From contig MU053482.1 in NCBI GenBank assembly GCA_013239625.1, positions 2,643,168-2,707,167 on the forward strand: 64,000 nt of DNA, given 5' to 3'. Under the pieces are notes generated by a model. That model ran no database searches. It was given only the letters and a program-made list of their open reading frames with translations, and was not told the origin of the DNA. A program made the position numbers and the translations under genes. Source of the DNA: Lama guanicoe. Taxonomy: Eukaryota. Positions 39,791 to 54,218 of the stretch are shown here, piece by piece. Every line of letters starts with the position of its first letter. The first letter of the stretch is position 1.

Positions 39791-42700
39791 TCTTGTCTCA
39801 AATTTGTCTAAAGTACATTCTCTAAAAAGTAACATGAAATGTTCATTCAATACAAATTAAGATCAGTTTTACTCATGGTTATGCAGCTGTCCCCTTACTG
39901 GGGAAAGTAAGTCTTAGAGACTGTACTCCCCCAGTATTTTGTTTTGCTTCTAGTTCATTTGTTTTTTTTAAACCCCATCACCCTATCAAACAGCCCTACC
40001 TGGTGCCAAAGTTTGGTGGGCAGGAAGTGGAGAGAGAATTCTTAAAATTATTTCTCCCTGTAAATCTGCATCTGTTATATATTTCAGTGTAATACAGTGT
40101 TAGGAATTTAAGACTGAGCCAAACTCTTCCCCCCTACCCCCCAAATTACAGTACTTAGTGTTTTTCTTTAAGATTATAGCAATCATTGCTTATTTGGAGA
40201 CATAAACTTCACCTTAAAAAAAAAACTTTTACCTGAACTCAAAAGTATGTTTTCCCAGAAAATAAAATCATTTTAAAAACAATGGTTTCATTCCTGAAAT
40301 ACCCACTTTACTGTTGAAACACTGCTTAATGAAACTTGCTTTTCCTTTAGATTTAAGCAAATATAAGCCAAAATGACAGCTAGAACCTTGTGAAGGCAGC
40401 CAGATTCAAAGGGAATCAGATTCAAAGGTAATCCTCAGGGGTTTAAGAAGATTTTTAACATTTTGTGAACTGAGTTTATTTTCCTGTTAGTTTGCCACTA
40501 AAATAAACTTAACACACAATAACCACAATTGGTAACCTCAGAGCTCACTTATTGGGTGATGTTTTCAAAGATGTAATTAATGAATGGGGTTAACAAGTGG
40601 TCCGGGGTAGAACTGATAAAATGGAAAAACTGCACATACTGTAATTACCATAGAAAGCCTGAAATGAGGGAAATCATGAAATTAGCCACTAACAAAACAT
40701 TATCAGTTGTATTATACCTATGCTATGTCCGCATATATACTGAGAACTATTTATCTGAGATGGAAAGGAACATTTTAAGTAAACTCATCATGCAATACTT
40801 CCTAAAGTATGTTCTAATTAAGCTCTGATTTATGCTTTCAGTGTGGAAGCTGAGTGAGATTAACTCAGTGAATTTATTCCACAGACCAAGGATTCAACTC
40901 TGGGTCCATGAACCCTATGAAACTGCAAAGTCCTCAATGTACTTTTTCATAGCTTTCATTCAAATATCAAAGAAGTTGTCAAATCCTTAAAACCATCACT
41001 GACCACAAAGGTGAGAATTGGAGAGAGATGGGCTAACATTAAGCACTTGAAAAGTGCCTCTGACAGGCACTGTGCTACATTTATCTGCATTCTCATATAT
41101 GCTCCCAATCACATTGTGAAATATGTATTTTTCACAAACGAGGCAACAGTTTCTTACACAAGTGACACATCTAGTCTAACTGCCACAGCTTCCAATGGAG
41201 AGCAAACTACTAGTTCGGTTTTAAATTATTAAGTGTTTTTAAAAAAAAAATTTTTTTGTAATTATTTGTTTAAAAAATCTACAAATTCATGGTAAAAATT
41301 ATTTTAAAAATTATTACATAAGTAATCTGATAAATCAGTCACCGTCTTCTAGACATTCTTTTGAGAGTTGAATGCATCATTTCTCTGTATCTTTTCCCAT
41401 ATATAATAATTGTTAGGTCATTATACAAATATGCCAAAATCAATGAGTTCTCCAGAAAGTTTTGAGTTATTGAAATGTTTTTAAAAACATTATGTAACAG
41501 GTTTTGTGGGGGTTTTTGTTTTTATTTTTATGGTAACAGTTTTTGAAGGGGGCCAGAAATAAGTTAGTCTCTCTGGAAAATTAGGGGAAAGGTCCAGATT
41601 TGTTTAAGAACCTGGACTAGCACTGATTGGTAGTGAAATATTTTCAAGCCATTTATTTGGTAAGACGTAATAAGACAAAAGGGATAGGAGAAGATTTCGG
41701 GAAAATCTGAAGATTACAGATGGCCCTGAATACTACATACATTTGAACTCTGTTCTATAGTCAGTGGTAAATTCTGTAACACACAAAGTTCCATTACCTG
41801 TAACAAAATCATTAAGGTTTTTCCCTGAATCAGATTAGAATTATAGCATTCTATCCATTACCACCATTGAATGTTTACAAAAACTCAGTAGGTTTTGGGG
41901 ATACAAAGACATCTTGTAACTGCAATCTGCAATTACAGGGTGGTTTTAACTTCTTTTTGAGATTCTGTATTAGTGTTTTAATAAATAGACTAAAGGTATG
42001 GGACTTAGTAATAAATGACTAAACTGCATAAAAGTACTCTGATTCTTTTAATAACATTTCTGATTATAAAATACAGATATAACATCTGGAAGGTACAGAA
42101 AGTGTAAATTAAAACACCTTGTTTGTCATCTGAACTTTACTCTGTGACAAAGGGAATCTATTAATGGGTACAAGACTGTTTTAAGTGAGCCAATTCCACC
42201 AGTTTAAAGTAACCTAATTCAATTTTATGTGTCACAGGTTTCGTTTCTTACAAGGGCATAAAAATAGTAACCACTTTAAACTTCTAAAGAAAACGCATCC
42301 AGATGAGACTGAAAGTTCCATTTTCCTTCGAATGGCGTTTGGGCACCAATTATTGCAGCTACAACTTGGTTAGGTTTAGCCTGGTGCTCACTCTACCAAA
42401 AAGAAGGTAACGTTAAAATCTCAAACTACACTCAACGGTAAATGAACACTTTAAATTATCCTCACTTAGAAGGCCATTCCGTAATCATCTGAAATGCAAA
42501 AGACATTAAATTAAAGACATCATCCAGCTCTCTCCAGTTTTTCTAAGTAGGACACAAATCAGGTACGGTGAGGCCAGTCTCATTCTCTGAGTAACTCAAA
42601 TCTACACCTGGAATGCCCGATTTAACAAATACTGAGTCTATACGCTTTATCTCATCTTTATTCAGCCTGGCTGAAAAGTACATGAATACTTACTGAATAC

Positions 42701-42939
42701 TCCTGAAATGACTAGTATTTCCAACAGTTTAGGAAAAAGTTTTGGTTGAGAGCTACAAGAAACATTACGTCAAAACCTCACAACTAATTTGTATAAAATT
42801 CTGAATAGGTTTGGGGAAACCGAGGCGATGCTTTTCCCACCCTTCTGACTTTCCTTTAATTGGCGACACACAAAAAGTAAAGTAAAAAAGAAGTTAGCGA
42901 CACCATTACAGACGACTTCAAAATGTAAACCTAACCAAC

Positions 42940-44290
42940 ATGAAAGCGCAAAAGCACCCGCAGTGTCGCCTAGCAAGTCCAAGACTAATGGCCCGTTGTC
43001 AGGCTCCGCCGGAGCTCCAGCTGAGGCAGGAGGCTTATCCTCCCACCAATGCTGATGTCCGGCATCTGGAAAGGTATAGGCCGACTTAGCAGCCAGTCAC
43101 CATCATACAGCAGCTCGCGAGAAAGCAGAGCCGCCGCCCAAGACCAAAGACCTCAACTGGCACCGAGAGCCCCCAGGGAGCGGTCTGGCGTGCCATCCTC
43201 TTCTACTTCCCTCCCAACAGGGCGACACTCGGCAATCGCTAGGCGAAGCCCAACCGGTCTCCAAAACGCGCTCCAGCAAGCCCACCAGGAGAGCCAAGGC
43301 CACCTTCTAGCCCCTGTGGGGAAAATGGCGCCTGTCACCCCTTCTCCCTCCCGGCTAGTCACAAGGACCAGCCTCCCTCCCTCGCTACAAAATGGCGCCT
43401 CCTGCTGGGGCCCCAGAATCGGCATAATTCACTTCTCAGCGAGGCGGGGTCGGTCTGGGATGAGCGGTTCTACCAACCAGTCAGACACAGGAAGTTTGGT
43501 CCCGCACTTGCGCAGGCCACTCAGGCGCCGGCTGTAAGACCAGGCGAGGCTGACGTCACGCAAAAGGGGCGAGGATAAGGCGGTCTCCTTCCACGTCGCC
43601 TAAATTTGAGCCAATGGCAAGCAGGAAGCGTCCAGTGAGTGACGTAAAGACAACCCAATGGAGGCTGGGGGCGGGCCTCAGACCCGCTATGCGGGTTGCG
43701 GGGCCTGGGGGCCGGGCGGCTGTTTCCTGTCCTGGTGCATGGTGGTCGGACGAAGGAATTGTTGGAAAATTTTCGCGGAGGTTCGTATATAAATGTGTTT
43801 TTACCCAGTGTGCATTATTCTCCGCCCGGCCGCCGCCCTCAGCGCGGCGGCGCGGGCCCGCTTGGGCCCGGGCTCTGACTTCGGCTGCTCAGCCTCCGCC
43901 ACAGGCCCTGTCGATCCTACGGCAGGCCGCGGTAGCAGTGCCTGGGCAGAAGCAGAGTTTATTAATAACCCGCGGCCGCCACTCTGGGGCGGCGGAGCTT
44001 TTCTCACTGAGGACGCACCCCCCCACCCCCGTCTCTGCGCACTGCGCCCCGCCTGTTCCCCTCAGGGGACCGCCGAGGGGAGGGAGTGAATGAGGGGAGG
44101 GTGGAGCCCTCGGGACCCTAGTGGCTCTTCTCGTCTTGACCTCTGCGCGGAGCGAGTCCCAAGGCGCCGCCGACGCGAAGCTCCTTCGGCTGGGACGCCG
44201 GGCCCCGGTCCTCACCAGGCTCTAGCTAGGACGCCGGCGGCTGGATTGGCGGAGGGCCTCCCCGGGATTCCCCCCGCAGATCTTACCTAG
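42940..44290. promoter_or_regulatory. CpG island / ZNF143 promoter
   Basis: Sharp GC/CpG-rich block; YY1-like AAAATGGCGCC x2 (43322, 43389), ETS CAGGAAGT 43488, CRE TGACGTCA 43551, CCAAT 43611 and 43655, GC box 43667. Confidence 0.92.
43720..43780 (+). other. ZNF143: ZNF143 non-coding exon 1 (5' end approximate)
   Basis: Matches remembered human ZNF143 5'UTR (catggtggtcggacgaaggaattgttggaaaatttt..gag); donor GAG|gttcgt. Confidence 0.75.
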
Positions 44291-44939
44291 AATTTCCTCC
44301 CACTCAGATCGTGCACAGATTTCTTGTTTCCCTCACTTTTGTTTTAAATTTTAATTTTTGGGTTATTGAGGCCTAACATCGATTATTAGAAATTGTCAAT
44401 TTTATCATTCCCTCTTTTTATTCTGTTTTGGCCAAAGAGTGAACAAATCCTTTCGTTGCTTTGTAAGATTTTATTGTGGAACGTGAATCAGTTTTTATTC
44501 TTTCCCCTATTGCTTTTTTCCCGCATTAACAAAGTTAAGTAAAAAGTAGATAAGAATATTATTGCTAAACCAATTATTTGTTTAAAATCAACTTCAACCT
44601 TTGCTTTGGAAATGTCCAGTCAGCTAGTGTAATCAAGTGGGGATGTGATGAAAAATTGTAGGTTCGAGGTTGTGGTCGGCTTTGTTCTGAATCTTACGGA
44701 AGACACACTTTTGCGAAAGTTGACAGAAATCTGTGTGTTTAACATTTTCTTTTGCTGAGTGCGTTCTTTCAGTTCATTGTTAAGTGTTTAGTAATAGAGT
44801 AGGTAATGAGATAACCCCAAAGCCCCGGTAAGATTCGTAACTAATTTTATCCAGTTGTATTTTAATTACCTTGGAAATTCACTACTTATTTAGCAATCTC
44901 AAAATGATTGCCTATTTTTTCCATAGTCCCCTTTTGTTT

Positions 44940-45860
44940 TTGAAAAATAATGGCTTTGTTGATACAATTCACATACCTTTACAATTCACCCATTTAAAGT
45001 ATGTAGTTAGGTAGGTTTAATATATTCACAGCGTTGTGCAACCATCACAGTTTTGAAACATGTTCATCACCTTCCAAAAACTATACCCATTAAGTTACTC
45101 CCCACATCCCCTTAACAGTCTTCTTTTTCCCACCACTAACCTACAGATTTGTCTATTCCAAACATTTCATGTGAATAGAATCAAACATATTTGTGAGCTT
45201 TTGTGACTGGTTTCTTTCACTTAGGGTGATATTTGCAAGGTTCATTCGTGTTATCGCATATATCAGTACTTCATTTCTCTTCATTGCCAAATGGTATTTC
45301 GTTGTATGGGCATAACACCTTTTATTTATCCATTCATCTGTTGATGGACATTTAGGTTGTTTACACCTTTTGTCTTATTATGTGTAATGCTGATATGAAC
45401 ATTCATGTGACAAGTTTTTGTGTGGATATTTATTTTCATTTCTTTTGGATGTATATATCTAGGAGTAGAATTCCTTGGTTGTTTGGTCCTATGGTAACTC
45501 TATGACTAACTTTTTCAGGAATTGTCAGACTGCTTTGTGAAGTGGCAGCACCATTTTACATTCCTACTAGCAGCGTATGAGAGCTCCCTTTTCTTTATAT
45601 CCTTGCCAACACTTGTTATGATCAGTCTTTTTGATGGTAGCCATCCTAGTGGGTATGAGGTGATATCGCTTGTGATTTTGGTTTGCATTTGCCAGTGGCT
45701 AGTGGTGTTGAGCATTTTTTCATGTACTTATTGGCCATTTGTGTATCTTCTTTGGAGAAGTATCTATTTGGGGCTTTTCCCCCTTTTAAAGTTGGATTGT
45801 TTACTGTTGAGTTGTAAGCGTTTATTATATAACGATCCTTTATCAGCTACGTGATTTGCA
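44940..45860 (-). mobile_element. L1MB-like 3' end
   Basis: Antisense L1 ORF2 C-terminus and 3'UTR; ORFs 45515..45715 and 45522..45854 are L1-derived. Confidence 0.85.
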
Positions 45861-46859
45861 AAATATCAATTGTCCTTTGCTATAAGTTGGGATATTACTG
45901 TGAAATAAGAATTCATCGTATTCTTCATGGAAAGATGACCTAGCTGAATTGGGGAATTGTGCTTCTATTATTACTTTAGCTGTTAATTATTAAATATTTA
46001 TAATGTATATGCAGTTTGTGATTATTTGAGAACTTTGAGTCCTGATGCTTTCCTCATTACTTAATTTTGAAATTTTTATCTAGTTTTTGTTTTTAATCTG
46101 AGGTTTTACCTAGTTCTTTTTGCTCCTGGCTTTATTTCATGACAAAATAATTTTTTAAAGAGTTGGGTTGCTTTGTCATTGTTGCTTTTTATGCTTAATT
46201 TGCATTTGAGGGGTGGCCTCTGTGAGGCAGTGTTTAAACTTTCTTATACTGTCAAAATGATTTTGTTTTTAAGATGAATTTAGAGTAAGAAATCTCCCTC
46301 CCCCTTATAGAAATAAAAAATTGAAAATAATGATACACTTTTCTTCATACTTTCCCATAGATCTAATCTCATTTTAAAACTATGCCACAGTGGGAACTGT
46401 GTACCCTGTGGCAATAACTTATCCGTTAATGTAGACACACGGGCATTTAATTCCAAACAACTTTTTTTGTACTTAAAGTACCACTTTACTTTAACTTTGG
46501 CTAGGCACTGAGTTAAGTGATTTGTTGAGTGGTTTATATATCTACATGAACTTAATTATCTTCACTGCAAACCTAAGTCAAGTACTGGTTATCCCTATTT
46601 TGTGGGTAAGTCAACTGAAGTTTAGAGTAACTTGACCAACTATTACAGAGCAAAACTGGGAATTGAACCTATGGCTGGCTCAAAAGCCCAATCTCTCAAC
46701 TGAGTTATTCAGTAACCTACCAAATACCAACCTCTTTAACTTTTTTTTCTTTAACTTTTAAAATATAATACGTCTGTAGTTCCTAGAAGGATACAGATTT
46801 TTGAGTACTGTACATAATATGGCAGAGCACAGATGTTATTGTGCTATTTATATACATCC

Positions 46860-47006
46860 TTTAAAAATTTTTTTATTTTAAAAATTTAAAATTTTTTGTG
46901 GGTTTTTTTGGAAGGGGAATTAGGTTTGTTTGTTTGCTTAATGGAGGTACTGGGGATTGAACCCAGGACCTCGCATGCACTCTACCACTGAGCTATACCT
47001 TCCCCC
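46860..47006 (-). mobile_element. vic-1-like tRNA-Ala SINE (internal deletion)
   Basis: TSD tatatacatc (46849 / 47007). Confidence 0.87.
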
Positions 47007-48364
47007 TATATACATCTTTCAGTTAAATAATGATGAATGCAATTGGCCTTGTTTTGAAAATAGAGAGATTTATATAGTATGGATGTAGTGGTCACCAAGT
47101 AGTTGGAATCGTTTAAATCAATGGCAGTTTATATGCACTATATACATAAAATACAATAGCATATTATAAGAAGTGAGGCACAATTAAAAGAGCGTTGTAG
47201 TAAGAGAATACATAATCTTTAATCCTGTTTTAGGCAGTTAACTAGCCATGACCTCATACAAATTGCATTTATTTGTTTAGCAAATACTTACTAGGCATGT
47301 ACCATGTTCCAGGCATTCTTTTAGACACTGGAAATTCAAGGGTAAACAGGACAGATCAGGGCCCTGCTGTCGTGGAACTGAGAGTTCACTTAGAAATTCT
47401 GATAAATACTACAAAGAAGATAGAGTTCTGTGATAGAGAATAAAGGGGTGGTGGTAGAATGGATATTTTAGACAGGAGACGATGCTAAACAATTTGTGCA
47501 AAAGTAAGATGAGTTATGTGTGTTCTAGGAACTAGAAGGTCAACATGGCTGGATGTATATAATGGAGGATAATTGTGAAGCACTTTGCAACATGAGTTAT
47601 GTTAAACTCATTAGATATTTATTGAATACAATCTTAGGTGTCAAAGTTCCAAAGACCCATAGATCACAGTACCTACCTTAGAAGACTTACAGTTTAATTG
47701 GGAGCACTGAATGTGGGAGTAAAAAGGATTGGTTAGAGGAGGGAGGAACCTTAGATTATCAGGAATCAGAAGCCTTTTAGCCAAAAAACAAGGTTCTGTA
47801 AACCTCACTTTTCTCACCTGTAGAAGGAAAACTGGCATGTTTTGAGTACATCTTGAGTGCGAAGGGCTTTACGTACATTATTTTACTTAATTCTTTTACA
47901 ACAGCCCTATCAGGTGGGTGTTCTTCCATTTTATGAAAAGGAGAAATGGAATCTCAGCAGCAGGTTAATTGCCCAGGAGCTGAGTGAGAGCAGGATTCAA
48001 ATGCATAGAAGGCCATCATATAGGATTCAGATGATAGCCGGACTGAGATCTGGGTAGTGAGGGACAGAGGAACCATGGACAAACCAGTGACAGTTAAAGG
48101 CTGTTCCCTGTATCTGGACTGCCTTTTCTACTCTTCCTACTCCTACGAAATATTTACTTATCTTTTTATTCCCAAATACACATGTATTTGCCTTTGCACA
48201 CCTGAGGCAAAGTTAGGCGCTCCTTACCATTAATGCTTCTGTTTATAGTAATTTTTTTAAGAATATCTAGTTTGTTGATTGTTTGTTTTTTAATCTACTG
48301 AGCATTGGCAGATGGGTTTTGGCACTTGTGACCAAAGCAGACCAGAATTCTTTCTAAAAAAAAA

Positions 48365-48449
48365 TTTTTTTTTTAACGGAGGTCCGGGAGATTGAAATCA
48401 GGGCTGTGCGTGCTAAATGTGCCCTCTACCACTGAGTTATACCTTCCCC
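48365..48449 (-). mobile_element. Diverged vic-1-like SINE
   Basis: tRNA-Ala head plus poly(T); short TSD tctaaa. Confidence 0.75.
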
Positions 48450-50559
48450 TCTAAAGTAACTCGTTTTAAAAGCATGAAAATAATACATGGTGAATTTCTT
48501 TTTAACTTATAGAGTGTATACAGTAAAATTTAAAAGACTCATTACCACTCCACCCTCATCTCCTAGTCCCATTTCTGGGAGGTAACCACTTGAATTTTTA
48601 AATGTATATACAAACATATGCAGATATTTATATACATTTTTAAAAACATGAATACAGTCATATGATATATAGTGTTCTGCAATTTACTCTTTCCCACATA
48701 TAAAGTTTCTGGGACATGTTTCCAACCATTTCATATAGATCTATCCATCCTTTTTAATGTCTGCATGTTTCATTTATGAATGTCTTGTAATTTACTTAAC
48801 CTGTCCTTACTGATGTACTTTTAGATTTTTGACTTTTTCTTTGCCATTATAAATAATACTGCAGTGAACTTTATACACTTACGAGAGTGTCTAGAAAAAT
48901 TACTTGGTTGAGATTTGCATTTAAAATTTTGATAGATAATGCCAGGTTGTTCTAATCATTGCGAGTTTCCACCACCCTTCCCCCACATTCTGTTTTAATT
49001 ATGTTTTCACTAGTCTCCCACCATAGAAAGAGTTTCTTAAAAGCAAAGACCACTTATTTTTTACCTCTCTATATCCCTGAAAGCATGCACATTGTCTGCT
49101 GTGTTGTGTGTGAATACAAATATACTTGTATACTTACATACATATATATCTGTATACATGTATAAATACATAAACTACTCAAAATATTTGTAAAATATAT
49201 GTTATTTCGTATTTTGACCATGGTGAAGTGAAGACCTAAAGGACAATAATAGGAGCTGAAATTGGAAAGGTAGGTAGGGGACAGATTAGTGAGTACCCTG
49301 AATGTCAGACTAAGGAATTGAACTGTAGTCTGTAGGTAGTACAAGTATAAAAGATTGGAGGGGTAAAATGTTCGAATCTAGAAGGATTCCGTCTTAAGAT
49401 TCCTTTGCAAGGATCTTAAGTTCTTGCTCATCTTTAAGTAATCCAAACTGAAATGTATTATACTAGTGATCTGTTTAGAAAAGCAATGCTGGACCGATCC
49501 ACAGACTAATTCTCAGAGAAAAGGCCTTGGCCTGGTATCAAAAATTGACTAATGAATGTATGTTTATATATTTATAGTAAAATATTTAAGATATATGCCA
49601 TACCTTTAATCTTTTGGACTAATTATTCATTTGTTTTTAGAGCTTCTAGTGCCAATAAAGATGTGGTAAAACAAGCATACTCATGTTGCTGGTGGCAGTG
49701 CAGTTAGCACAACACTAAAAAAGTAATGGAAGCAAATTGTAATAAGCCATAAAAAATGCTCATTTTTTGATCCCATAATCTTCATCTTGGGAGTTTATTT
49801 TAGTGATATAATCTACTGCACCCTCCCCAAAGCTATATTTACAAATATATTAATTAAAAGATTATTTTTTATGATGAAATGATATGTGGTTAGCACATAA
49901 TAAGAAAAATGGTAACTGTCCTGTAAGGGAAATTAATTTGTTAAACGTGAATTAAAAGTGATCATTGTGAAGACTATTTGACAACATGAGAAATTTTATA
50001 GAAATGGAAACAACTGAATACAAAATGTTATCTATATATATTTATAATGCCATAAAAATTGTGTATGCATGCAGATAGGAAGAGTTAGAGAAGAAAACTA
50101 GGGAATCAAAAGATTTGACTTGTTAAGCTATTGGGAATTACTCTTAACTTAAATTTTTATTACAATATTGTATGCAATGAAAATTTTAATGGTATACAAG
50201 AAAAATAAGATAGTGGCAGTGTTATTGGGCTGGAAGGATGAGACACTGAGGCAAAGAAAGCAGTAAAGAGGTTATTGCAATAGTTAACGTGTGAGGAGTT
50301 GAAAAAAGAAGGATTTTGAAGGGTAAAATTCAGAGTTGGCAGTTGCCTTGTTATGAATTTAAGAATGAGCATTTAGTCAAGGATGACTTTCTATCATTTT
50401 CATCTGGTGTCTGGGTTTGGTGAAAATAGCCGGGTCCACATGGCAAATAGATTAGAGTGAAAAGATGAATTGACAAACCTTAATGGTGTGTATGGAATAC
50501 ATTGTGTTTATTCAGACAGAGCACAACATGTATTTTGATATTAAGTGAATGATACATAA

Positions 50560-51025
50560 AGTGAAGATACATGCACCCCAGTGTTTGCAGCAGCACTGTT
50601 TACAATAACCAAGGTATGGAAGCCACCTAAGTGTCCATCATCAGATGAATGGATAAAGAAGATGCGGTGTACATATATACAATGGAGTATTATTTAGCCA
50701 TAAAAAGACTGGAAATTTGCCATTTGTAACAACATGGATGCACTTGGATGGTATTGTGCTTAGTGAAGTAAGTCAGACAGAGAAAGACAAATATCATATG
50801 GTATCATTTATATGTGGAATCTAAAAAAATGGTACAAAACAGAAACAGACTTATCAGTCATAGAAAACAAACTTATGGTTACTAAAGGGGAAAGGGAGGT
50901 GGGAGGAATAAATTAGAAGTTTGAGATTAACAGATACTCATTACTAGGACCTACTGTATAGCACAGGGAACTATATTCAGTATCTTGTAATAACCTATAA
51001 TGGAAAAGAATCTGAAAAAGAATAT

Positions 51026-51056
<31 letters not shown>

Positions 51057-51130
51057 TGTATATAACTGGATCACTTTGCTGTACACCTGAAACACATCAT
51101 TGTAAATCAATTGTACTTCAATTTAAAAAA
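50560..51130 (+). mobile_element. L1 3' end (ORF2 C-terminus, 3'UTR, A-tail)
   Basis: gatacatgcacccca..gcagcactgtttacaataaccaag; ends caattgtacttcaatttaaaaaaa. Confidence 0.87.
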
Positions 51131-52829
51131 AGGTGAATGACGAGGTGAGGCATTCCCAGGAGACCTCTCCGCCCACCTGTTGGATAGTGTCTACCTGGGA
51201 TTTCAAGGTGAAAGATGAGATGGAGGCTGAAATTTTTCCCTTTCGTGTGACATTTGGCCTTTCTGTTTATGGCTGAGGGGAGGAAAAATCGCTGGCAGAC
51301 TTTCAGGTAGGGCAATTTGATTTGAGACATGTGTAAATGTTTTTAATTGATGTATTATAGTTCTGTTTGTAAATCAGGAGTACATGTTAGATTCAACTGG
51401 TGAGCTTGAATTGAGGACTCTGTGGAAGACAAAGTTTAAGGAAAATATGCTAGGAAATACATGTCTATTATTAAAAATCTGTTGTTTATAGTCACCTTTA
51501 GAAATTATTTTTTGTCTTCCTTTTGGAGAAAGAAAACTTTCAGAAGGAAAAGGAGATTTTTTTTCCTCTTTTTTAATTGAAGTAGAGTTGATTTACAGTA
51601 TTTGTTTCACATATACAACATAGTGATTCAGTATTTTTATACACTGAAATTGTTTATTTTTAGCTTTTATTTTTATTTTATCTCTTTATGTAGCTGTAAT
51701 GAGATTCTTATCTTTTGCATACAAAATGTACTTAGATTATTATTTTAAGGTAAAGTTGTGGTGGTGGTTGCCAGTTTGGCTTAAATGTAATTTAAAGAGA
51801 ACAAAGTAGTACATAATTACCTCATGTGAGAACAAACCACTGGTTTCCTTAAATTTGCATCTTATTTTTTTACAGAAGTTAATGAAAGAGTGCTGAAACA
51901 GTGCTGGTATAGCTAGCCAGCTTGTCTGTGCTACAACTAGTAGGCCATTTTCCTTCAACTCTAGTACTTAAGGTTGTGTTCAGTTTTCCACTCTCAGGTA
52001 TAAGAGGTAATGGGAGACAAAAATATCTAAATATATGCAGAAATATCATGCCTTTTCTACTTATATGTTCAATGGAAGTAGAGTTGTTTTCCATAGAAAG
52101 GATGTACTCAGTGCTTCTGTATATATGTTCCGTCTGTTTTTTTCTGGCATGTAGATACTTCAATCTGCAAATGTTGAAAACAACTAGTGATTTGACTTGA
52201 AACATGATTCTTACTGATGAATCTGTTTGATTGAAGCATATTATGAGATTTTTAAAAAATGGTTATCTAAACTAATCTATGTGAGTCAAGATTGTCTTTC
52301 TCTTCTTTTGGTTATTCAGGCTATTGGGTGCATAAACCTGTTATTGCCATCTATTACTTTGATTTAAAATTTAGAGTTTAATTCACATTGAGTGAATAAA
52401 GTTAAAAGGTTACACTTAAACTATATATTTATAATACAATACCACTTTTAGCTTTTTTTTTAATATTAGGGTTTGAGGTAAGATTTAGTTTGAAAAATAG
52501 GATTCTAACTACTAATAAAGATTTAATAGCTTCCATATTATGCACTGATTTTTTTAAATGAGGTTAGTTTTCCAAACTGAAAAAGTGGTTTGAGAAATGA
52601 AGTATACTAAGAGTAGAAGTATTCCTGAGAACTGAAATCTGAAGATTCTTTAAGGTGAGGTTTTCTTTTTCCATCCCTTGTTGAAACTTTACTCCTAAAG
52701 ACTGAATTGAAGGACAACCCACAGAATGGAAAAAATATTTGCAATTCCTGTATCTGGTAAAGGATTAATATCCAGAATATATAAAGAACTCTTAGCACTC
52801 AATAATATGACAAATAACCATTAAAAAAA

Positions 52830-52913
52830 TTTTTTTTACCAGAGCCACTGGGGGATTGAATCCAAGACCTTGCACATGCTAAGCATATGCTCTACTACTG
52901 AGCTATAGCCACC
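52830..52913 (-). mobile_element. vic-1-like SINE nested in L1
   Basis: tRNA-Ala head interrupting L1 ORF2 remnant. Confidence 0.78.
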
Positions 52914-53493
52914 ATATATCCCAGTTCATTTTTTTAAATAGGCAAAGGACCTGAGCAGATAATTCTCCAAAGAAGATATACCAAAGGTTGATTAATACAT
53001 GTAAAGATGTTCAACATTAATAGCCATCAGGGAAACACCAGTCAAAACCACAGTGTGATACCACTTCATACCCACTAGGATGGCTACAATCAAAAAGACT
53101 AATAACAAATGTTAACTAGGATATCAAGAAATTGGAATGCTCATGCATTGCTGGTGGGAGTATAAAATGGTGCAACTGCTTTGAAAAAGTTGGACAGTTC
53201 CTCAGAACTTTAGCATAGTGTTACCATATGACCCAGCAATTCTACTTCTAGGTGTGTGTGTGTATATATATATATATATACTCGAGAGAAATGAAACACG
53301 TTCACACAAAATCTTGTACACAAATATTTGTAGCATTATTTATGATAGCCAAAAAGTGGAAACAATTCAAATGTCTATCAGCAGATGAATGGATAAATAA
53401 AATGTGGTACATTCATACAGTGGAATGTTATTCTACAGTAAAAAGGAATGAAGTACTGATGTATGCTACAACATGGAGGAAACTTGAAAACAT

Positions 53494-54218
53494 GTTTTTT
53501 TGTTTGTTTTTAAACTTTTTTTTTTTATTGAGTTACACTCATTTTGCAATATTGTGTCAAATTCCAGTGTAGACCACAATTTTTCACTTATACATGAACA
53601 TGCATATATTCATTGTCACATTTTTTTCACTGTGAGCTACCACAAGATCTTGTATATATTTCCCTGTGCTATACAGTATAATCTTGTTTATCTATTCTGC
53701 ATATACCTGTCAGTATCTACAAATTTTGAACTCCCAGTCTATCCCTTCTCACCCTCCTCCCCCATGAGCAACCACAAGTTTGTATTCTATGTCTATGAGT
53801 CTGTTTCTGTTTTGTATTTATTTATTTTATAATTTTTTTTTTTAGATTCCACATATGAGCGATCTCATACGGTATTTTTCTTTCTCTTTCTGGCTTACTT
53901 CACTTAGAATGACATTCTCCAGGAATATCCATGTTGCTGCAAATGGTGTTATGTTGTTGGTTTTTATGGCTGAATAGTATTCCATTGTATAAATATACCA
54001 CCTCTTCTTTATCCAGTCATCTGTTGATGGACATTTAGGCTGTTTCCATGTCTTGGCTATTGTAAATAGTGCTGCCATGAACATTGGGGTGCAGGTATCT
54101 TTTTGAAGTAGGGTTCCTTCTGGATATATGCCCAGGAGTATGATTACTGGGTCATATGGTAAGTCTATTCCTAGTCTTTTGAGGAATCTCCATACTGTTT
54201 TCCACAGTGGCTGCACCA
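53494..54218 (-). mobile_element. Younger 5'-truncated L1 with open ORF2 C-terminus
   Basis: ORF 53842..54264 ([13 protein letters not shown]...CPSTDDWIKK...SLICGI); TSD tgaaaacat. Confidence 0.92.

Noticed and set aside
43049..44290. Cluster of long overlapping ORFs (up to 162 aa) on both strands
   Set aside because: Expected from stop-codon scarcity in a CpG island; Pro/Arg/Ala/Gly-rich with no recognisable domain
51140..51312. Possible cryptic ZNF143 5'UTR exon ending CAG|GTAGGG
   Set aside because: No clear upstream acceptor; unsupported without transcript data
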